From: an uncultured Candidatus Poseidoniales archaeon
GTDB taxonomy: Archaea; Thermoplasmatota; Poseidoniia; Poseidoniales; Thalassarchaeaceae
DNA length: 14,756 nucleotides
NCBI GenBank assembly: GCA_964645485.1
Contig: CAZXZO010000015.1
Location: 29,210 to 43,965 of the forward strand
Direction: 5' to 3'
Below the pieces are notes generated by a model, which was not told the origin of the DNA, searched no databases, and saw only the letters and a program-made list of their open reading frames with translations. This document shows, piece by piece, positions 1-7,473 of this stretch (positions are counted from its first letter, which is position 1; every line of letters starts with the position of its first letter). A program made the position numbers and the translations under genes.

Positions 1-662
1 GTTCCGTTTCCAGTTCCGTTGTTGCCCCCAGTTCCATTGGTATTGTTAGAAGACTGATTTGAGTTCCAATTCGACCAAAACTCAGCCAAATCAGCAACGT
101 CATCAACTTGCAAGATGATGGTATCATCAATGTTCCCGTAATTTTCAACAGGAATTTCAAGGTCAACAGTTTGATTCGGTTCAATCACAACCAATCCACT
201 GTCACCAATTTGACTGATGTCAAGTGCTGGCAAGTACAGTGGGGCTACCGATAATTGCAAAGTAACCGTTGTCGATTCATTTGCATCGTCAGCGCGTGTA
301 GCAGTCACATCAACTTGGCCATTCGCACCAAGTGGAGCCCCGGGGTCAAGTCGTACAACAAGAGTGGTTGAACTGGTTTGAGTAGGGAATATAGGACCTA
401 GGGAGGAATCTGCTAATGTGACATTCCAATTCGAAGGCAAGAAAGTAGTATCCAAGGTGAGGTCAAATGAACGGGTATTCATCACATTATCATTTGTCAC
501 ATCAACTGTAACATTGACTGCAGTGCCGGGAACTAAGTACTCATGTTGAGATGAGAGTGTGACATCAATTTCAGCACTAGCGGCGACTGGGGATGCTGCA
601 AACGGCAACAGAATTGCAGTGAACATCAACATAGCAAGTGAGAGACTTGACTTTCGATACAT
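1..662 (-). CDS. Secreted/cell-surface protein, 5' part only (runs off the left window edge); signal peptide, Ig-like beta-sandwich repeats (NEW3/CARDB-like) and an Asn-Gly-Thr linker
   Basis: Not in the ORF track. Translated by hand from ATG at 662 with no stop to position 1: MYRKSSLSLAMLMFTAILLPFAASPVAASAEIDVTLSSQHEYLVPGTAVNVTVDVTNDN...LPSNWNVTL...IEPNQTVDLEIPVENYGNIDDTIIL...WSNWNSNQSSNNTNGTGGNNGTGNG. Basic N-terminus plus hydrophobic core plus AxA cleavage-like site; the 'V.N.GN..D' pattern is typical of NEW3/CARDB-like domains. SD-like GTGAGG at 670-675. Confidence 0.85.
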   Translation of the reverse strand, partial: MYRKSSLSLAMLMFTAILLPFAASPVAASAEIDVTLSSQHEYLVPGTAVNVTVDVTNDNVMNTRSFDLTLDTTFLPSNWNVTLADSSLGPIFPTQTSSTTLVVRLDPGAPLGANGQVDVTATRADDANESTTVTLQLSVAPLYLPALDISQIGDSGLVVIEPNQTVDLEIPVENYGNIDDTIILQVDDVADLAEFWSNWNSNQSSNNTNGTGGNNGTGNG

Positions 663-696
663 GGCTTCGCCTCACATCTGCCGACATTCGCCCTCC

Positions 697-702
697 CTAT
701 AA
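697..702 (-). promoter_or_regulatory. Putative archaeal TATA box (TTATAG) for the secreted-protein gene
   Basis: TTATAG on the minus strand 35-40 nt upstream of ATG 662, followed by SD-like GTGAGG 7 nt before the ATG. Confidence 0.45.
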
Positions 703-805
703 CGGCGGCGGGAGAGAGAGCGGTTTACTGAATGTCCACTTTCACTTACAGTGAAAGGGAAATCGGCTCGACAAATAATGGAATACATCACTAAGAATGA
801 TGGTT

Positions 806-2056
806 TCAACTTTCAATTAAAGCGGATAGAATATCTTGATCTAGTAACTCCCAAGGAAATAGCCCATCTACACCAGGTGTTCGACCGAAATGACCACCTG
901 AAGCAGTTGGTGAATAAATTGGGTTCAGCAGATTCAATCTATTTATGATTGAATTAGGAGTGAAGTCAAATTGTTCCTTCACTCTTTTAGCAATCTCAGA
1001 CTCGTGCACTTTTGATGAGCCGAATGTTTCTACTCGAATGCTAACTGGTTGAGCCACTCCAATGACATAAGCCAATTGAATTTCACATGAGTCTGCAAGG
1101 CCAGCAGCCACCACATGTTTAGCCGCCCACCGTGCAGCGTAAGCACCTGAACGGTCAACTTTGCTAGGGTCTTTTCCAGAAAATGCTCCCCCCCCGTGTC
1201 TACCCATTCCTCCATAGGTGTCAACGATTACTTTCCTGCCTGTTAATCCAGCATCCGTCTGAGGCCCTCCCGGGTCTGCAAATCTTCCAGTTCCATTGAC
1301 AACGATTTTGGTATCTTCATCCAATAATGAACTTGGTAATGCATGCTCAATTACATGCTCACGGATTTCTGACTGTACGAATTTTAACTCTTCTTTCTCG
1401 TCACCACCAAACCTATCTTTTAGACGGCTATCGTGTTGAATGGCGATTATCACGGTGTGAATCCTACTTGGTTTACCACCATCATCGTACTCGATTGTAA
1501 CCTGACTTTTACCATCTGGCCTTGCCCAGGATAAATGGCCTTCAGCGTCTGCTGGTAGTTCTCTAACATTCTTGAGACGACGAGTCAATCGCTGTGATAA
1601 CGCTGCAGCAAGAGGGAAAAATCTGCCTTTTAACTCCTCATAATCTTCTGTTTCTGTGCAGGCAAAACCGAACATCAAGCCTTGGTCTCCCGCACCATCC
1701 TTGTCAACACCTTTGGCAATATCCGGTGCTTGAGTTGTTATGAATTGTTGAACTTTGCATTGAGAATTTGAGGTAGCATCTAGCCCTATTTCATGATCTC
1801 TGTAGCCAATCATTGCAGCAGTTGTTCTCGCGATAGACTCGTAATCTGGGGCGTCTCCGTTCAGACGGACTTCACCAGCCAGAACGATGTGACCCATTCC
1901 ATTAACTGATTTTACCAAAGTTTCAACTGCCACTCTGGCATTTTTGTCAACTTGCAAGCAAGCATCAACAACTGCATCAGAAATAGCATCACACAACTTG
2001 TCCGGGTGGCCACAGGTTACTGACTCGGAGGTGAATAAGAGTCCTTCTTTGCCCAT
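806..2056 (-). CDS. metK: S-adenosylmethionine synthetase (methionine adenosyltransferase), bacterial/eukaryotic type
   Basis: Hallmark motifs LFTSESVT(C)GHPDK, GAGDQGLMFG, GLTGRKVIVDTYGG, GGGAFSGKDPSKVDRSGAYAAR and GHFGR; 416 aa. Confidence 0.97.
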   Translation of the reverse strand: MGKEGLLFTSESVTCGHPDKLCDAISDAVVDACLQVDKNARVAVETLVKSVNGMGHIVLAGEVRLNGDAPDYESIARTTAAMIGYRDHEIGLDATSNSQCKVQQFITTQAPDIAKGVDKDGAGDQGLMFGFACTETEDYEELKGRFFPLAAALSQRLTRRLKNVRELPADAEGHLSWARPDGKSQVTIEYDDGGKPSRIHTVIIAIQHDSRLKDRFGGDEKEELKFVQSEIREHVIEHALPSSLLDEDTKIVVNGTGRFADPGGPQTDAGLTGRKVIVDTYGGMGRHGGGAFSGKDPSKVDRSGAYAARWAAKHVVAAGLADSCEIQLAYVIGVAQPVSIRVETFGSSKVHESEIAKRVKEQFDFTPNSIINRLNLLNPIYSPTASGGHFGRTPGVDGLFPWELLDQDILSALIES

Positions 2057-2081
2057 GTTTCCCGGGCGCTCCTTGGTTACC

Positions 2082-2087
2082 TAATAA
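2082..2087 (-). promoter_or_regulatory. Putative TATA box (TTATTA) for metK; spacing suggests a leaderless transcript
   Basis: TTATTA on the minus strand 26-31 nt upstream of ATG 2056; no SD motif in between. Confidence 0.5.
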
Positions 2088-2117
2088 CCTGACCGCTTAG
2101 GAAAGCAAAATGGCTGA

Positions 2118-3431
2118 TTATAGTGCCTCAAGGCGTTCATTACAAACCCTGATTCCAGATTCATCTCCAAGGGATTCAAATTTCTGCTGTAAATTTATCA
2201 AGATTACCATCGCTTCCGCGGCAGGTAAGATTGCTGACAATTGGAATCCGATGTGCCCAATGGTTGGCATAGGCGGCCCCAATTCCCAAGCAGATTGCAA
2301 TAATCTTGATTTTTCATCATCAGATATGACGGGATTTCTCAGTTGCGCTAACACTAATTCACCATATAGAAGCGGATGAGGTTGACTAGATTCAGCACCA
2401 ATCAGTGATAGGATTGATTCCACTTCTGATGGAATTGGCCACCCAACACCTGATTGTGCAGCTACTCGGCATTGAATTCGAGCATAACTCGCCACCCACA
2501 AATTTTGACGGAGTCTAGAAGCACCAACTAATTCCTTTGGAATATCAGTGAGAGATACTTCCTCGCCTTGGCGTAGAGCCAATTCAGCCCTTCTCAACAA
2601 AACTTCAGGGTGACCATCTGGTAACTCATCAAGAAGTTGTGAAACCGATTCGGGAGATTGGCTAAGTAGGACATCATGTAACATCAAAGCACAATCCATA
2701 CGGTCAACTGGATCCAAAATTTGGGTTATGACTGCAATCAAATCTAATGCATTATCCACGGGTGCACCAAGACTTGCTGCTGCCAATATACAACGTGCTT
2801 CCCCTACTGGGTTCCCGCGCTTACGATGAAGCCCTCCTGCTCTAGATAGATGGTCTAAAGCAGAAGTTAAATCACCTTGACTTCTCCTCAAGTCAGCCAA
2901 TTCGAGGTGTAATCCTATTGCTTCTGAAGACAAGTCATCATCGCTTGCGACTTCTTCAGCCTCTGGTGGAGATTCTAAAATTGGCAAGCCATCATGTATC
3001 TCGGCGTCGCGCAGTAAATCTGCAAGAGATAGCGCATCAGGATAGCGTTGCCCACCCCTGCGAAACCACTTGTTTACAAGGTCCTTTAATTCAACTTGAA
3101 CCAAACTACCTTCATCGCCAATTGACAACACGTCTGAGTGTTCAATTTCTGAAATTAAGTCGTGAACTTTGTCTATACCAACGTCGCTCAAAGAATATGT
3201 CATTACCCGTCTTCTTTCACCGACCACGCGTTTGCGTTTATTAGTGAGTAAATTTTCTTGTATTAGACCACTAAGCGCCCTTGAGACATGGGATTGAGCC
3301 ATGCCCAAACGATGTGCTATACCAACTTGGCTAAACCTCCTAGGCAACTCATATTGATCTTCAAAATCAGGGGCATCTGAGAGTGCAAGGAGCACTCTCT
3401 CGCGATTTGTGATACGCGGTGCTTGGCCCAT
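2118..3431 (-). CDS. Putative transcriptional regulator: N-terminal winged helix-turn-helix (MarR/ArsR-like) plus C-terminal alpha-helical (TPR-like) region
   Basis: N-terminus ERVLLAL...ELPRRFSQVGIAHRLGMAQSHVSRALSGL...VVGERRRVMTYSLSDVG fits a wHTH with wing. The rest is Ala/Leu-rich and helical (e.g. ALDHLSRAGGLHRKRGNPVGEARC). No Walker A motif seen. Confidence 0.7.
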   Translation of the reverse strand: MGQAPRITNRERVLLALSDAPDFEDQYELPRRFSQVGIAHRLGMAQSHVSRALSGLIQENLLTNKRKRVVGERRRVMTYSLSDVGIDKVHDLISEIEHSDVLSIGDEGSLVQVELKDLVNKWFRRGGQRYPDALSLADLLRDAEIHDGLPILESPPEAEEVASDDDLSSEAIGLHLELADLRRSQGDLTSALDHLSRAGGLHRKRGNPVGEARCILAAASLGAPVDNALDLIAVITQILDPVDRMDCALMLHDVLLSQSPESVSQLLDELPDGHPEVLLRRAELALRQGEEVSLTDIPKELVGASRLRQNLWVASYARIQCRVAAQSGVGWPIPSEVESILSLIGAESSQPHPLLYGELVLAQLRNPVISDDEKSRLLQSAWELGPPMPTIGHIGFQLSAILPAAEAMVILINLQQKFESLGDESGIRVCNERLEAL

Positions 3432-3691
3432 GTCAAACCTTTGAGGGGGGGGTCGGTTGATGAATGAAACGACTCACTAGAACACCACCATAACCAATAT
3501 CCTCTAGAAAATCAAACGATTTCTAATGGCACATCTAAGTTGATAGAGTCGTGAGTAAGTTCGGAGAATGCGAATATTTCCCTCCAACCCTGTCCATCTT
3601 CTGAGACTATTATTGGCCCACCTTGGGTAATGGCTAATCGGATTACTGCTAACCTAAATGATGCGTATTCAATTACTGTCACTTTTACACC

Positions 3692-5497
3692 TCAAGGCTG
3701 ATATTTACTCCAGTCATCATCACTTGCCCATGCACCCGCAGGCACATATTGTTGATGAGAAGGAACTGGTGCCTGCTCACGGCGGCTCTTGGATGAAGCA
3801 ACTCCAACCATAACAGCAGTTAGAACAACTATTCCAAGTGCCAACGGCAGTAGGCGGAAAAGTTGGCTAACTAATTTGCCGAAATTTCCATTTCCGTAGA
3901 AGATTGGATCATTGAATGATTGGGTGTCAATAGTAATGACATCTGTTGAAAATTCTGGGTCGTGGTAAACAGTTTCTCCAATTACGAAATTGTATCCACC
4001 AACTAGACGCATGCCAGACCACAAACCTTCTTCCCCATTAACATCAGAGTGAGTTACTGGGCGAGCCCCATGAACTTGGAAGAGAACTTCGGTCTCAACA
4101 CCATCAACTGTAGCATTTGATACCCAGCGGACACGACCTAAGTTCGCACCATTATCATCGAAGTGTATTGCTCCTGCACGAATTGCTTGTGGCCTTGATT
4201 CACTTGTCAAATCCATGACATCACCGCGCTGCATACATGCGGTGTCATGGTACTGCTTCATCTTCTCATGCACTACATCTCTACGCTTTTCATCATCCGT
4301 TTTTTCATCTTCGTCTGATGTATTATCAATTGGTGCCCCGGTTTCTCGCCCTTCAGTATCACCTTCAACTACATCTGAATTAACATAAGCCAAGCCACAT
4401 TCAAGTGGGTTTCCTTCAACATCATGACCTGATGGTGGTGGTGGTGGTGGTGGTGGTGCTTGGCCATCATCTAACATTGGACTATCATGGTCTGAAACCA
4501 TTGCACGTGACCCATGCCCTGCAATTGCACGAGGAGATATCATGCCACCAAACTGCTCTTTCATCCATTCACCAACTGTGTCAGACATGTGAACACCATA
4601 AGCGAGGTCAGTAAGGACTACTAATCTAGTATCATTTCTTTGCACGCCATCAACATCGGTTGCAATGTCCCAACCTCGTACAACTTGGTCATATTTCCAA
4701 GTGGTATTCAATACGTGTCCAGTAACATTGGTTGTAGCAACTAATTCAGTACTGTCAATCTGATCACCTGGCACTGCATCTCCGCGGGCGAACACTTTGT
4801 AATGAGGTGCTGCTTGAACATGAATTTCTTGCTCAACTGTAGTAACATGGAATTTGTAAGCAATACGCCCGACAGTCATACCATCAACGACTCCATCGCT
4901 AGACTGATAGGTAATATTTTCAGAACTGAGCACGAAATTAATGTCAACTTCGTTTTCATTAACACTTTGACGCCAATGAGAAAGAGTCCACGAAACATCA
5001 TTGTAATCAACCCATTTCAATAAATCTTCATGGCTAACATGAGTATCATCTAACTCTTCAATAGTACCAACAACTTTTGGACCAGTTACATCAAATAAAC
5101 CGTTTTCATTTTCATCAACATATTCACCTGCTCCAATCAATCGTTGATGGAAAATAGAATGTGTTGGGATTCCAACTCTTTCAGAGAACCCTCTTTTCCC
5201 ATCGTAAATATCAGCAATCCCCATGTATTTTGTTTGCACAGTGGTCATCCCAATTCGACCATCCCCATAATGGATAAACATGTCCGCTTCTCCTAACTTT
5301 AGAGATATTTTCCCATTCTCTAAGTCTTGTTCTACGACAATTTGTTCGCGCGTGTAATCAATATCTTCGCCAGGTGCCTTTTCCAAAGGTGCGCCTGTTC
5401 TCCCTGCTTGAGCCGCTCCAAAACCTGAACTCATCATCAATACTACAATAGAAATAGCCAAGATTGAACTAATTCTTAATTTTCTCTCGACGGCCAT
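3692..5497 (-). CDS. Secreted, C-terminally membrane-anchored surface protein of unknown function (601 aa from ATG 5497)
   Basis: N-terminal signal peptide (RKLRISSILAISIVVLMMSSGFGAAQA), long beta-rich acidic ectodomain, C-terminal TM helix (LLPLALGIVVLTAVMVGVA) and short tail. ATG 5497 is preferred over 5512/5545 because SD-like GGTGGAG (5504-5510) lies 6 nt upstream and TTATAT (5533-5538) 36-41 nt upstream. Confidence 0.85.
   Translation of the reverse strand: MAVERKLRISSILAISIVVLMMSSGFGAAQAGRTGAPLEKAPGEDIDYTREQIVVEQDLENGKISLKLGEADMFIHYGDGRIGMTTVQTKYMGIADIYDGKRGFSERVGIPTHSIFHQRLIGAGEYVDENENGLFDVTGPKVVGTIEELDDTHVSHEDLLKWVDYNDVSWTLSHWRQSVNENEVDINFVLSSENITYQSSDGVVDGMTVGRIAYKFHVTTVEQEIHVQAAPHYKVFARGDAVPGDQIDSTELVATTNVTGHVLNTTWKYDQVVRGWDIATDVDGVQRNDTRLVVLTDLAYGVHMSDTVGEWMKEQFGGMISPRAIAGHGSRAMVSDHDSPMLDDGQAPPPPPPPPSGHDVEGNPLECGLAYVNSDVVEGDTEGRETGAPIDNTSDEDEKTDDEKRRDVVHEKMKQYHDTACMQRGDVMDLTSESRPQAIRAGAIHFDDNGANLGRVRWVSNATVDGVETEVLFQVHGARPVTHSDVNGEEGLWSGMRLVGGYNFVIGETVYHDPEFSTDVITIDTQSFNDPIFYGNGNFGKLVSQLFRLLPLALGIVVLTAVMVGVASSKSRREQAPVPSHQQYVPAGAWASDDDWSKYQP
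4433..4456 (-). repeat. Perfect (CCA)8 trinucleotide microsatellite encoding Pro8
   Basis: Plus strand reads (TGG)8 at 4433-4456; protein reads GQAPPPPPPPPSGH. Confidence 0.95.
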
Positions 5498-5532
5498 TCT
5501 GTTCTCCACCATGCACTTCCGTAGTTCTACAC

Positions 5533-5538
5533 ATATAA
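5533..5538 (-). promoter_or_regulatory. Putative TATA box (TTATAT) for the 601-aa surface protein gene
   Basis: ATATAA on the plus strand at 5533-5538, at the edge of the AT-rich divergent intergenic region. Confidence 0.45.
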
Positions 5539-5710
5539 TGGACATAGGGTAATAAATACCATTTTTTTATTCACATATACCAACAATTTGCCTTCTGAAA
5601 AATTGTTTTAACGCAAAAATTTGCATTTTTTCTATTGTTAACCTAATTCTTAGGATTATGGAGAAAAAGGGCGCTTTCGTTGCCAATTTTCTTTGTTTGA
5701 TGGCGACGGC

Positions 5711-5716
5711 TTGAAG
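5711..5716 (+). promoter_or_regulatory. Putative TATA-like box (TTGAAG) for aspS; leaderless spacing
   Basis: Lies 25-30 nt upstream of ATG 5741; non-consensus, so low confidence. Confidence 0.35.
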
Positions 5717-5740
5717 AAAGAGAGGCGCCCGCCACCCTTC

Positions 5741-7162
5741 ATGACAGGTCGCGACGGCTCAGGATGGCAGCCTACTGCATATCGTACTCACACCTTAGGT
5801 GAAATCGCTGGTAACGGAGCGGATTTGGTAGATAGTGACGTCACTGTTGCGGGTTATGCAGAAGCAGTTCGCGGCCGCGGTGCCATTTGTTTTCTGATGT
5901 TGAGAGACGGCACCGGTCACCTGCAAGCATTCCTCAAAAAGGACAACATGGATGAGGATACTTTCACAGAGATTCAATCAGCCAATCGTGAAAGTGTCAT
6001 TCAAGTTACTGGAACGGTCGCTCAGAAGCGACCTCCGAAAGTAAAGGAAGGAGAGCCTACACCTCCGCCAGAATACGAAATCCAGGTCAGCAGTGCAGCA
6101 ATTCTGGCTGTCGCAGAAGCACCAATGCCAATGGGTGTTACCGACAAAGTTCACGTTGAACTACCAACACGATTGGATAACCGCCACATAGATTTGCGCC
6201 GAAGTCACATCAACGCAATGTTCCAATTACGTTCAAAAGTTCTCCAATATGGCCGCGAGCACCTAATCACTGAAGGGTTCAATGAGATGAACTCGCCAAA
6301 AATAATTGCCAGCGCATCCGAAGGAGGAACCAATCTTTTCCCTATGAAATATTTTGAGACTGATGCATATCTCAGTCAAAGTCCACAGTTATACAAGCAA
6401 CTAGCAATCCTTGGTGGATTAGAACGCGTTTTTGAGGTGGGACCTGCATTTAGAGCAGAGGAGCACGATACATATCGCCATCTAAACGAATTTATTTCCT
6501 TTGATATTGAGATGGCTTTCGCTAACGATGATGACGTGATGGCGGTACAAGAAAGAATGATTCAGCACATCTGGAAGAGTGTTGCAGAGAATGACCAAAA
6601 TCTGATTGACATGATCAATGAATGGAGAGCAGAGCAAGAACCTCCCCTATCTCCTGTGACTGTTGAAGTACCGACCCTCCCATTCCCCCGTGTAGAATAT
6701 AGTGAAGCGATTGAGATTATCCAAAATGCTGGCGTAGCGATTGAATGGGGTGACGATATTGAGGCGCAACATGCTGATATGATAGCAGCAAAATACCCCG
6801 GATTTTACTTCTTACCAAGGTGGCCAATGGCGATGAAACCATTCTACATTTACCACAATGCTGACGAAAAGGGACCTAACGGTGGCCAACTTAGCCGCGG
6901 TTTTGACTTGAATTATGGGCGTGATGAAATGACTAGTGGTGGCCAGCGTGAACATCGAGTTGACGTCTTAGTTGAGAACCTTGAAAATATGGGATTAAAT
7001 CCCGCAGATTTCACTTTTTACACCGATGGATTCCGCTTTGGAGCGCCACCTCACGCAGGTTGGGGACTAGGAGTTGCTAGACTGCTGATGGTGTTGACAG
7101 GAGCGGGCAATGTGAGAGAAGTAGTCCTCTTCCCAAGAGATCGAAGCCGAGTCACTCCCTGA
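5741..7162 (+). CDS. aspS: Aspartyl-tRNA synthetase, archaeal/eukaryal type (discriminating status not determinable by eye)
   Basis: N-terminal OB anticodon domain (VTVAG...FLMLRDGTG), RLDNRHIDLR, SQSPQLYKQ, motif 2 FRAEEHDTYRHLNEF, SGGQR, motif 3 PPHAGWGLGVARL, C-terminal LFPRD. No GAD insertion, so archaeal size. ATG 5741 preferred to TTG 5693 (473 aa). Confidence 0.96.
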   Translation: MTGRDGSGWQPTAYRTHTLGEIAGNGADLVDSDVTVAGYAEAVRGRGAICFLMLRDGTGHLQAFLKKDNMDEDTFTEIQSANRESVIQVTGTVAQKRPPKVKEGEPTPPPEYEIQVSSAAILAVAEAPMPMGVTDKVHVELPTRLDNRHIDLRRSHINAMFQLRSKVLQYGREHLITEGFNEMNSPKIIASASEGGTNLFPMKYFETDAYLSQSPQLYKQLAILGGLERVFEVGPAFRAEEHDTYRHLNEFISFDIEMAFANDDDVMAVQERMIQHIWKSVAENDQNLIDMINEWRAEQEPPLSPVTVEVPTLPFPRVEYSEAIEIIQNAGVAIEWGDDIEAQHADMIAAKYPGFYFLPRWPMAMKPFYIYHNADEKGPNGGQLSRGFDLNYGRDEMTSGGQREHRVDVLVENLENMGLNPADFTFYTDGFRFGAPPHAGWGLGVARLLMVLTGAGNVREVVLFPRDRSRVTP

Positions 7163-7184
7163 ATAATTACAGGACGGTGGCCGA

Positions 7185-7412
7185 TTGACTCCAGAGAATT
7201 CGAAAAAGGTCTGGGCTTACATTCAAGAAGCGGGAGAAAAACTAGTTGGAAAACTACCACCATCTCACCGTCACCCAAGTGGCAGAAATCCGTATGCCCA
7301 TGTTGCAATCTGTGTGAGGTCTAAGTTTGGTCAGTCTTACAAAGACCTGCCTGATGAACAAATTGACGACGTGATTGAGTACATCGATTACCTCGTTGAG
7401 AACCCTTCCTAA
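7185..7412 (+). CDS. Small hypothetical protein (75 aa)
   Basis: TTG start with SD-like AGGACGGTGG at 7171-7180. Fills the gap between aspS and the next gene on the same strand. Protein-like amphipathic helices and motif HPSGRNPYAHVA...KFGQSYKDLPD. Confidence 0.75.
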   Translation: MTPENSKKVWAYIQEAGEKLVGKLPPSHRHPSGRNPYAHVAICVRSKFGQSYKDLPDEQIDDVIEYIDYLVENPS

Positions 7413-7473
7413 TTACAAAATTCTTGGAACCGAAAATAACGGGTATCTACAGCCCCTCCGCTAATTGATAGTC

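Noticed and set aside
751-948. 65-aa plus-strand ORF and other short ORF-track entries antisense to or overlapping the main genes (e.g. 2110-2379, 2918-3244, 4405-4614, 7051-7308, 12530-12847, 13652-13930)
   Set aside because: They are shadows of well-supported longer genes, with no motifs or translation signals.
1188-1195. G8 homopolymer inside metK as a phase-variation site
   Set aside because: It encodes the invariant GGG of HGGGAFSGKD in an essential enzyme, the frame is intact, and codon choice explains it.
2057-2117. SAM riboswitch upstream of metK
   Set aside because: Only 61 nt of intergenic space, the spacing suggests a leaderless transcript, and no SAM-I/II core motifs are recognisable.
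3445-3452. C8 tract (coding strand) 14-21 nt upstream of the wHTH gene as a phase-variable promoter spacer
   Set aside because: Short, no clear TATA box to anchor the spacing, and no evidence of length variation from a single sequence.
3505-3525. Imperfect inverted repeat TAGAAAATC-AAAC-GATTTCTA as a terminator of the surface-protein gene
   Set aside because: AT-rich, bulged and weak, and about 170 nt from the stop codon; not distinguishable from chance.
5551-5660. AT-rich region as a replication origin
   Set aside because: No ORB-like repeats and no adjacent cdc6/orc1 gene.
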